Made by a program: the position numbers and the translations under genes
IMG/VR virus record: IMGVR_UViG_3300025673_000014
Location: 1 to 27,614 of that record
Source of the DNA: a virus
Taxonomy: Duplodnaviria; Caudoviricetes
Length of the DNA: 27,614 nucleotides
Reading direction: 5' to 3' (one strand)
The notes under the pieces: generated by a model
Database searches by the model: none
Told to the model about the DNA's origin: nothing
Seen by the model: the letters and a program-made list of their open reading frames with translations, nothing else
Shown here: one piece after another, positions 1 to 7,182 of the stretch
Layout: each line of letters starts with the position of its first letter
Position numbering within the stretch: position 1 is the first letter of the stretch

Positions 1-1323
1 TTATTTAAACAGATGGCAAGAGTCAGATACTCAAGGGATGCCATCGACTTAGAACATTCTATAGCACAGATATGCACACAACAGACTACGGATGGTTTCC
101 CGTTTGATGTTCCAAAAGCCTTGGAGTTGTATGGGGAATTGTGTGCCAAGAGGGCAGACTTAGAAAAGAATCTCAAGGAAGAGTTTGGCAATTGGTGGAT
201 TAATAAAGGTGAGGTAGTACCCAAGAGAACATTGAGATTCAAAGATAAGACCAGAGGTGATTTTACTGAAGGTCAGTCGTACACTAGAGTAATACATACT
301 GAGTTCAATGCTAACTCTAGGGAACATATAGCAAAGCGATTGATTGATTTGTATGGATGGCAACCAGAACTATACACAGACAATGGACAACCTAAGGTTG
401 ATGAAACTGTGTTGAGTAGTTTGGACTATCCACATGCCAAGTTGCTATCTGAGTATTTGATGATACAGAAAAGAATAGGACAACTAGCAGAGGGGAATCA
501 AGCATGGCTGAAGTTAGAGAAGGAAGGAAAGATACATGGAAGGGTTAACACTATGGGTGCTGTCACATCCCGATGTACACACAGCAATCCTAATGTGGCA
601 CAGGTTCCAAGCGTGTCTGCTCCCTATGGCAAGGAGTGCCGGGCGTTGTTTCATGCTCCCCGTGATTCTCTTCTTGTTGGGGTTGACGTTAGCGGTCTTG
701 AGTTACGTTGCTTGGCGCATTACATGTTTCCTTTTGACAAAGGTAAGTACGCACATGAACTACTGGATGGAGATATACACACGGTCAATCAACTGGCGGC
801 AGGGTTAGATTCACGCTCCCAAGCCAAGACATTCATTTACGGATTCCTATATGGGGCAGGACCAGAGAAGTTAGGTGAAATTGTAGGTGGTGGCAAGAAG
901 GAAGGAACCAAGTTACGGAACTCATTCCTTAAGAAGACCCCTGCCATCAAGAGATTAAGAGAAGAGGTAAGTAAGAAAGTTAAAGCGGAAGGGTGGCTCA
1001 AAGGTCTGGATGGTAGAAGGATACCCATTCGTTCAGAGCATGCGGCACTCAACTCACTACTCCAATCAGCAGGTGCAATCATCTGCAAGAAGTGGTTGGT
1101 AATATTTCATGAGCAATTAAGGAAGAATAATTATGAAGGAATTACTCAAGTCGCATTTGTCCATGATGAAGTACAGTTGGTTGTACACGGTGATGAGAAT
1201 AAAGCTAAGACTATCGGGGAGGTTGCGATAGATGCAATTAGACTTACTGGAGAATACTACAACTTCAAGCTACCCCTCACAGGGGAGTTTAACATCGGTA
1301 GAAACTGGGCAGATACCCACTAA
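1..1323 (+). CDS. T7 gp5-like family A DNA polymerase, C-terminal polymerase domain (5'-truncated by window edge)
   Basis: Frame is open from base 1 (LFKQMARV...). Contains motif A (VGVDVSGLELRCLAHYM), motif B (RSQAKTFIYGFLYGAG), motif C (VAFVHDEVQ), HAALNSLLQSAGA and a T7-like C-terminus GRNWADTH. Confidence 0.97.
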   Translation, partial: LFKQMARVRYSRDAIDLEHSIAQICTQQTTDGFPFDVPKALELYGELCAKRADLEKNLKEEFGNWWINKGEVVPKRTLRFKDKTRGDFTEGQSYTRVIHTEFNANSREHIAKRLIDLYGWQPELYTDNGQPKVDETVLSSLDYPHAKLLSEYLMIQKRIGQLAEGNQAWLKLEKEGKIHGRVNTMGAVTSRCTHSNPNVAQVPSVSAPYGKECRALFHAPRDSLLVGVDVSGLELRCLAHYMFPFDKGKYAHELLDGDIHTVNQLAAGLDSRSQAKTFIYGFLYGAGPEKLGEIVGGGKKEGTKLRNSFLKKTPAIKRLREEVSKKVKAEGWLKGLDGRRIPIRSEHAALNSLLQSAGAIICKKWLVIFHEQLRKNNYEGITQVAFVHDEVQLVVHGDENKAKTIGEVAIDAIRLTGEYYNFKLPLTGEFNIGRNWADTH

Positions 1324-1783
1324 GAGGGAGTGTACTAAGTGTGGAGAGGTTAAAGACCTTACAGGTTTCCATAAGACTAGCAAAGGGAAATACGGACGTG
1401 TCTCAAAGTGCAAACCCTGTTGTAGAAAATACGCTCGTGACCTGTATAAAAACTCTATAGCTAGAAGGATGAGAGCATACGAAGTGAACTTCATACACGG
1501 TTATGGACTTACATGGGAAACCCATACAGAATTAGTATTACGTTCCGAGGGTCGTTGTGATTCCTGCGGAAATAAATTTACTAGCAGTAAGGACACACAT
1601 ATAGACCATTGCCACACCACAGGTGATGTCAGGGGGTTACTGTGTAAGGTATGTAATTTATCAGCAGGTAATTTATCAGATTGCCCTGACAAATTATTCA
1701 GCCTAATAAAATACATATTGGAAACACGCTACAACCCTTTTTTAAAATCAGAAGACTTACACTTAAGTAAGACACACAAATAA
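1232..1783 (+). CDS. Free-standing endonuclease VII-like (HNH/His-Me) nuclease with N-terminal Zn ribbon; probable homing endonuclease
   Basis: CTKC...CKPC Zn ribbon, then CDSC...HIDHCHTTGDVRGLLCKVCN (endonuclease VII signature). A GGAGG SD precedes ATG 1232. Overlaps the pol 3' end by 92 nt. Confidence 0.88.
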   Translation: MQLDLLENTTTSSYPSQGSLTSVETGQIPTKRECTKCGEVKDLTGFHKTSKGKYGRVSKCKPCCRKYARDLYKNSIARRMRAYEVNFIHGYGLTWETHTELVLRSEGRCDSCGNKFTSSKDTHIDHCHTTGDVRGLLCKVCNLSAGNLSDCPDKLFSLIKYILETRYNPFLKSEDLHLSKTHK

Positions 1784-1797
1784 GGATAACTACACCT

Positions 1798-2451
1798 ATG
1801 AAAGTAGAACTATTAAATACGATGGGGAACGATGACACCATTGCTAACGCAGCAAGAGTGTCCTATTCGGAAACATCATCAAGTTACTCGCTAGACCAGA
1901 ACAACAGATTAATTAAGTACCTTGCCAAGCATGGACATTGGAGTCCATTCGGGCATGTACAGGCACAGTTTAGAATCACCGCACCCATCTTTGTTGCCCG
2001 GCAGTTAGCCAAGCATCAGGTAGGTCTTGTGTGGAATGAAATCTCTTATCGTTATGTTAAGGCAGAGCAATCTTATTGGGAACCAAAGGAGTTAAGAGCA
2101 GACGATAAGAGCATTAAGCAAGGCTCAGGCAAAGGAGTTCTTTCGGGGATGAAGGCATTGATGGCAAGGTCAGTATATGACTCAGCTATCTCAGCATCGT
2201 CAATTGCCTATAAGACTATGTTAGGTCTAGGTGTAAGCAAGGAGCAAGCAAGAGCGTTACTACCTACAGCAGTTAATACCGAATGGTATTGGACAGGGAG
2301 CGTGTTGGCATTCTCTAGGGTATGCAACCTCAGGCTAGACAAACACGCACAGTCTGAGACAGGAGAGATTGCCCAAATGATTTCAGATGAACTCAAGGTC
2401 TTCTACCCAGAAGCATGGACAGCACTAACAGGAGCAAATGATGAAAGCTGA
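1798..2451 (+). CDS. thyX: FAD-dependent thymidylate synthase ThyX
   Basis: NAARVSY, HGHWSPF, APIFVARQLAKHQVGLVWNEISYRY (variant of RHRx7SxR), EQARALLP, LRLDKHAQSE. Confidence 0.95.
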   Translation: MKVELLNTMGNDDTIANAARVSYSETSSSYSLDQNNRLIKYLAKHGHWSPFGHVQAQFRITAPIFVARQLAKHQVGLVWNEISYRYVKAEQSYWEPKELRADDKSIKQGSGKGVLSGMKALMARSVYDSAISASSIAYKTMLGLGVSKEQARALLPTAVNTEWYWTGSVLAFSRVCNLRLDKHAQSETGEIAQMISDELKVFYPEAWTALTGANDES

Positions 2452-3211
2452 TTTAATTATTGATGGTGACATCGTAGTCTTCCAAGCATGTGCTGCTAGT
2501 GAGAAAGCAATCAAGTGGGATGATGATGTATGGACATTACAGACTGACGAGTGGGAAGCAAAGCATAAAGCCCACACCTCAGTAGAGAGAATAATTACAC
2601 AGGCTAAGAAGTATTTTGATATTGGTTATGTGCATATAGCTATTTCATCCACCTCTAATTTCCGTAAGGAAGTCTACCCTGAGTACAAAGCGAACCGCAT
2701 CAACAAACGGAAACCTATGTGTATCCGTGAAGTGGTTGCGTACCTAGCCACTAAGTACCCTGTAAAGGTTTGGACAGGCATTGAAGCTGATGACGTTATG
2801 GGAATCTGGGCAACGATGAACCCAGACCAAGAGGTCTTAATCTACTCAGCCGATAAGGATATGGCAACCATCCCTAACGCATGGCACATGAGGAATCTGG
2901 ATGATGAACCCACCAAGATTACACCACTTGACGCTGACCGCAATTGGTTCACTCAAGCCCTAACAGGAGACAGCGTAGACAACTACGCAGGGGTTAAAGG
3001 GATTGGACCAGTGAAGGCTAAGAAGATTCTGGATGGTGCAGCCACAGAGATAGAGATGTACACAAGAGTCAGAGATGCCTTTTCTAATGCAGGGTATACC
3101 GAAGATGAATGCCTAGCCCAAGTGCGACTAGCAAGAATCCTAAGACATGGAGACTACAACATACTAACCGAAGACGTAAAACTATGGAGTCCAGTATGGT
3201 CAAGAAAGTAG
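2438..3211 (+). CDS. T7 gp6-like 5'-3' exonuclease / RNase H
   Basis: IIDGD, NFRKEVYPEYKANR, IEADDVMGI, SADKD, LTGDSVDNYAGVKGIG (helix-hairpin-helix), QVRLARILR. AGGAG SD upstream. Confidence 0.93.
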   Translation: MMKADLIIDGDIVVFQACAASEKAIKWDDDVWTLQTDEWEAKHKAHTSVERIITQAKKYFDIGYVHIAISSTSNFRKEVYPEYKANRINKRKPMCIREVVAYLATKYPVKVWTGIEADDVMGIWATMNPDQEVLIYSADKDMATIPNAWHMRNLDDEPTKITPLDADRNWFTQALTGDSVDNYAGVKGIGPVKAKKILDGAATEIEMYTRVRDAFSNAGYTEDECLAQVRLARILRHGDYNILTEDVKLWSPVWSRK

Positions 3212-3516
3212 GCTTATCAGATGTCACCCCGGCTGAGTGGGATGCAATACAGAAGACTCACGAAACAACAAGGGGTATGAAAATGTACCACCACAACTCC
3301 CCTAAATATAAACAGGTGGGAGGTGACCACTACAAGAAGATGACAATCCAACCTATCGACTACTGTGTGGCTAACAAGCTAGACCCATACCAAACGAACA
3401 TCATTAAGTACGCATCACGCATGTATAACAAGAACCAATGTCTGTCGGATTTAGACAAAATAATCCACTACGCAGAACTCGCTAAAGAGAACGCTATTAA
3501 AAAGGGAATCAAATGA
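3196..3516 (+). CDS. DUF3310-like protein (T7 gp1.7 nucleotide kinase-related family)
   Basis: QVGGDHYKKMTIQPIDY...NIIKYASR...DLDKIIHY is the DUF3310-type pattern. Start moved from the track's 3109 to ATG 3196, which has a GGAG SD at 3186-3189; ATG 3184 is an alternative. Confidence 0.78.
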   Translation: MVKKVGLSDVTPAEWDAIQKTHETTRGMKMYHHNSPKYKQVGGDHYKKMTIQPIDYCVANKLDPYQTNIIKYASRMYNKNQCLSDLDKIIHYAELAKENAIKKGIK

Positions 3517-3917
3517 ATAACCATCCAATGAACTGCCACCCAACATACCCAACCACGCACATCAAAGAAACATTTAAGCACTACCAAGCACAGGCAAAGA
3601 CTACCGCTATCTACGATAAGGAAGTAGCTTTGGAATACCTCTCCGCAGGGATAGCCGGGGAAGTAGGTGAACTAACCAGTATCATCGCTAAACAACTACG
3701 GAAGGGAAACTACTCACGAGGTCCGGGAGGGACACAGAATTACTACCGCTATCCTATTGCAGACGTTAAACATGAACTGGGTGACGTACTCTGGTTTGTA
3801 TCTCAGATTGCTACAACTTTCGGCATTGATTTGGCAGAAGTTGCCAATGCTAATATTGATAAGTTGAACTCACGCAAAGAGCGTGGAGTCATCGAGGGGT
3901 CAGGTGACTATAGATGA
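3513..3917 (+). CDS. mazG: MazG-like nucleoside triphosphate pyrophosphohydrolase
   Basis: YQAQAKTTAIY...GIAGEVGE...HELGDVLWF...NIDKLNSRKERGVIEGSGDYR, typical of single-domain phage MazG. ATGA-coupled to both neighbours. Confidence 0.9.
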   Translation: MNNHPMNCHPTYPTTHIKETFKHYQAQAKTTAIYDKEVALEYLSAGIAGEVGELTSIIAKQLRKGNYSRGPGGTQNYYRYPIADVKHELGDVLWFVSQIATTFGIDLAEVANANIDKLNSRKERGVIEGSGDYR

Positions 3918-5686
3918 TTCAAATAGACAAGGCAAGGAACGCACAACTGTCTGAACAGTCACAGGCATTGCTTGCTGACTACTACACACTGGATGGTGAG
4001 GACATACAAGAGTCTTTGGCTAGGGCAGCTACAGCGTACTCAGGTGGTGACGGTGAGTTAGCACAGCGCATCTACGACTATGCGAGTCGTGGGTGGTTTA
4101 TGTTTTCCTCACCAATCTTATCTAATGCCCCCAAGGAAGGGGAGATTCCTAAGGGGTTACCAATAAGTTGTTTCCTATCATACGTTCCAGATACTCTAGA
4201 CGGACTCATTGAGCATCAGGAAGAGTTGGCATGGTTATCAGTAAAGGGTGGTGGAGTTGGTGGTCATTGGTCAGATGTAAGAGCGGTATCTGATAAAGCC
4301 CCATCCCCTATTCCCTTTATGAAAGTAGCAGATAGTGCCATGACTGCTTACAAGCAGGGCAAAACTAGGAAAGGTTCTTATGCTGCTTACCTTGATGTAT
4401 CCCACCCAGACATTATGGAGTTTCTAGATATAAGACTACCTACAGGTGGGGATGCTAATCGCAAATGCTTTAACCTAAACAACGCAGTCAATGTGACTGA
4501 CGAGTTCATGGAGAAAGTCAGTAAGGATGAGCCTTGGGATTTAGTTGACCCCCATGATGATTCAGTTAGAGACACAGTATCAGCAAGGAAGCTATGGGAG
4601 AAGATATTAGAGGTTAGATTCCGCACAGGCGAACCTTACATCAACTACATTGATGAAGCGAATCGTCAGTTGCCTAAGGCACTTAAGGATAAGGGTCTAA
4701 AGATACATGGAAGTAACTTATGTAATGAGATACACCTACCTACAGCACCAGACCGAACAGCAGTCTGTTGTTTATCTAGTGTGAACCTAGAGAAGTACGA
4801 TGAGTGGACAGGTAATCAACTGTTTATCGGTGACCTGATTCGCATGCTTGACAATGTATTGACTGAGTTCATTACACATGCACCACCACAGCTACATAAA
4901 GCAGTTAGGTCTGCGATAGCAGAGAGGTCATTAGGATTAGGTGCTATGGGATTCCATGCTCTACTCCAACAGAAAGAACTTCCATTTGAGTCTGCTCAAG
5001 CTAGTGGGCTTAACCGTAAAATCTTTATGGAGATTAGTAGTTGGGCAACCAAAGCTACTGTCAACTTAGCACACGAAAGAGGAGCGTACAAAGACGGACA
5101 AGACACAGAGATGCGTAACAGTCATCGCTTGGCTATTGCACCTAATGCTAACTCAAGCATGATTCTAAGCACCTCCCCAAGCATCGAGCCTTGGAAGTCT
5201 AATGCGTTTGCCCACAGAACCAGAGTAGGTACACATCTAATCAAGAACAAGTACCTAGACAAGAAACTCTGGGAAGTTGCTAAAACTTTTGGACATGATT
5301 CAGATTGGGTAGAAAAGCAATGGGAAAGCATAATCCATAATGAAGGTTCAGTACAGCACTTAGGATGCTTGAGTCCTTGGGATAAGAGTGTATTTAAGAC
5401 AGCATTTGAGATTGACCAACATTGGGTTGTACAACATGCGGCAGACCGTCAACCGTATATCTGCCAAGGTCAGTCGGTGAACTTGTTCTTCCCTGCCGGG
5501 GTAGAGAGACATTATGTAAATTCAGTACATCTGGATTCGTGGAAGAAGAAACTAAAGGGGTTGTATTATTTGAGAACAAGTAGTGGACATACCGCAGAAC
5601 AGGTGGGGCGTAAGGTTAAGCGTGAAGCCCTTAAGGATTTCGTTGAAGAGAATGTAGAAGAGGGGTGCTTGTCATGCGAGGGCTAA
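3914..5686 (+). CDS. nrdA: Class I ribonucleotide reductase alpha subunit, without ATP-cone
   Basis: PISCFL, GGGVG, GSNLCNEI (thiyl-radical Cys), VCCLSS, LGLGAMG, IAPNANSS, KGLYYLRT (Tyr pair), C-terminal CLSCEG. Confidence 0.97.
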   Translation: MIQIDKARNAQLSEQSQALLADYYTLDGEDIQESLARAATAYSGGDGELAQRIYDYASRGWFMFSSPILSNAPKEGEIPKGLPISCFLSYVPDTLDGLIEHQEELAWLSVKGGGVGGHWSDVRAVSDKAPSPIPFMKVADSAMTAYKQGKTRKGSYAAYLDVSHPDIMEFLDIRLPTGGDANRKCFNLNNAVNVTDEFMEKVSKDEPWDLVDPHDDSVRDTVSARKLWEKILEVRFRTGEPYINYIDEANRQLPKALKDKGLKIHGSNLCNEIHLPTAPDRTAVCCLSSVNLEKYDEWTGNQLFIGDLIRMLDNVLTEFITHAPPQLHKAVRSAIAERSLGLGAMGFHALLQQKELPFESAQASGLNRKIFMEISSWATKATVNLAHERGAYKDGQDTEMRNSHRLAIAPNANSSMILSTSPSIEPWKSNAFAHRTRVGTHLIKNKYLDKKLWEVAKTFGHDSDWVEKQWESIIHNEGSVQHLGCLSPWDKSVFKTAFEIDQHWVVQHAADRQPYICQGQSVNLFFPAGVERHYVNSVHLDSWKKKLKGLYYLRTSSGHTAEQVGRKVKREALKDFVEENVEEGCLSCEG

Positions 5687-6636
5687 CACGACCATCAATA
5701 ACGTACAAACCGTTTCAGTACCCTTGGGCAATGGAGATGGCAGAAGACCATGAGAAGATTCATTGGGGTACATGGGAAGTCAAGCTACAGGAAGATGTTA
5801 ACCAGTGGAAAGGGAACGACATCACCCCTGACGAGAAGCATCACATCGTACAGATATTGCGTATGTTTACTCAGTCGGACGTACAGGTTGCACAGAACTA
5901 CGCTGACCTATTCATACCGCATTTCAAGAACAATGAAATTCGTAATATGCTTTTATCATTTGCGAATCGGGAGGGTACGCACCAACGTGCCTATGCCCTC
6001 CTTAACGATACATTGGGGCTAGACGAGTCTGAGTACAGCGCATTCCTAAAGTACAAACCCATGTCGGATAAGATGGATTTCATAGCGGCAGGGGGTGGTA
6101 CTCCTTGGGATGCTAATGAGGTTGCTTATGCACTCGCACAAGCCTGTATCAATGAGGGGGTGGGTCTATTCAGTTCCTTTGTAATGCTACTTAACTTTCA
6201 GAGATTCGGAAAGATGAAGGGTATGTGTGAGGTAGTCGAATGGTCTATTCGTGATGAGACTAAACATGTTGAGGGTATGGGTATGCTATTCAAAGAGTAC
6301 CTCAAGGAGAACCCTCGCATCGTTGATGATGAGTTCAAAGAGTACATTTACGACACCGCTAGGCAGGCAGTAAAGTTAGAAGATGAGGTCATTGACTTAG
6401 TATTTGAGAGCGGTGACATGGAGGGTCTTAAGGCAAGCGAGGTAAAGGAATACATTCGCTACCTGACAGACAGAAGACTTATCCAGTTAGGGCTTAAAGG
6501 TAACTTTGGCATCAAGGATAACCCCCTACCTTGGGTTGATTGGATTGTTGCAGGGGATTCTTTTAAGAACTTCTTTGAGGGTACAGTAACCGATTACAAC
6601 GCATCAGGCATGATGGGGGAATTTGGATGGGGCTAA
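5674..6636 (+). CDS. nrdB: Class I ribonucleotide reductase beta subunit
   Basis: Metal ligands and radical Tyr in FTQSD, REGTHQRAY, NEGVGLFSSF, WSIRDETKH; C-terminal NFFEGTVTDY. ATG 5674 preferred over GTG 5665 because a GAGGGG SD lies upstream. Confidence 0.96.
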   Translation: MRGLTRPSITYKPFQYPWAMEMAEDHEKIHWGTWEVKLQEDVNQWKGNDITPDEKHHIVQILRMFTQSDVQVAQNYADLFIPHFKNNEIRNMLLSFANREGTHQRAYALLNDTLGLDESEYSAFLKYKPMSDKMDFIAAGGGTPWDANEVAYALAQACINEGVGLFSSFVMLLNFQRFGKMKGMCEVVEWSIRDETKHVEGMGMLFKEYLKENPRIVDDEFKEYIYDTARQAVKLEDEVIDLVFESGDMEGLKASEVKEYIRYLTDRRLIQLGLKGNFGIKDNPLPWVDWIVAGDSFKNFFEGTVTDYNASGMMGEFGWG

Positions 6637-6803
6637 GGAAGTGTGCTAACTCTAAATGCCCTAAGAAGGACACATGCCAACGCTACTCGCTCAAGGGGTT
6701 CAAGGGATTCAATATAAAGATGTCCTTGTACCCCGGAGGGTCTTCATGTAACCAATATATAGAGGGTAATAAATGGACAGTATGGACCACAGGAACCTAC
6801 TAG
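6627..6803 (+). CDS. Small Cys-rich hypothetical protein, 58 aa (not in ORF track)
   Basis: Manual translation: MGLRKCANSKCPKKDTCQRYSLKGFKGFNIKMSLYPGGSSCNQYIEGNKWTVWTTGTY*. It has a GGGGGA SD, fills the apparent gap after nrdB, and shows a C-x4-CP-x4-C-x-RY...C pattern. Confidence 0.72.
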   Translation: MGLRKCANSKCPKKDTCQRYSLKGFKGFNIKMSLYPGGSSCNQYIEGNKWTVWTTGTY

Positions 6804-6964
6804 GAGGGCATTTGTTTGTATCAGACTCTCTGGTATCCAATCTACAGGAGCAGTTTCCTGACAGGTTACCCAGAGATGCAGATGCTAACTTAGATTTTCT
6901 AAGGGGGCAACAGTCGGTAATCGACTATTTAATTAGACTAAACTCAGAACTACAGGAGAAGTGA
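6773..6964 (+). CDS. T7 gp6.5-like small protein
   Basis: LQEQFPDRLP...FLRGQQSVIDYL pattern and position two genes upstream of the portal. Start uncertain (ATG 6773, ATG 6782 or TTG 6812). Confidence 0.7.
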   Translation: MDSMDHRNLLGGHLFVSDSLVSNLQEQFPDRLPRDADANLDFLRGQQSVIDYLIRLNSELQEK

Positions 6965-6967
6965 AAA

Positions 6968-7174
6968 ATGTGCGGAAGTTCGCCAAGTCCACCACCACCA
7001 CCACCACCTCAAGCAAAACCTGCTGCTATTGCATCAGTTGAGGATACTGCCCCAACGCTATCCCTGTCCAAATCAAAGACAGGCGATAAGAAGAAGAAGG
7101 GTCGTAAACAATTTAATCAAACAACAAACATCTCAACACCGTTAGACAATAGTGGGTTGAACATACCGAAATAG
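6968..7174 (+). CDS. T7 gp6.7/gp7.3-like small virion protein
   Basis: MC start, poly-Pro tract, basic KKKKGRK stretch and C-terminal SGLNIP. CAGGAG SD. Lies directly upstream of the portal. Confidence 0.75.
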   Translation: MCGSSPSPPPPPPPQAKPAAIASVEDTAPTLSLSKSKTGDKKKKGRKQFNQTTNISTPLDNSGLNIPK

Positions 7175-7182
7175 GAGTATGA

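Noticed and set aside
1798-3917. Modified-base (e.g. Z-genome or hypermodified thymine) pathway suggested by MazG, ThyX and a kinase-like gene
   Set aside because: No purZ, datZ, dCMP/dUMP hydroxymethylase or glycosyltransferase in the window, and strong restriction-site avoidance argues for unmodified DNA.
3914-6636. Introns or inteins in nrdA, nrdB or pol, or a metal-free/variant RNR beta subunit
   Set aside because: The ORFs are continuous and compact with no intein motifs, and NrdB retains the carboxylate/His ligands and the radical Tyr.
6989-7009. (CCA)n microsatellite
   Set aside because: It simply encodes the poly-Pro tract typical of gp6.7/7.3-like proteins; as a triplet repeat it cannot cause phase variation.
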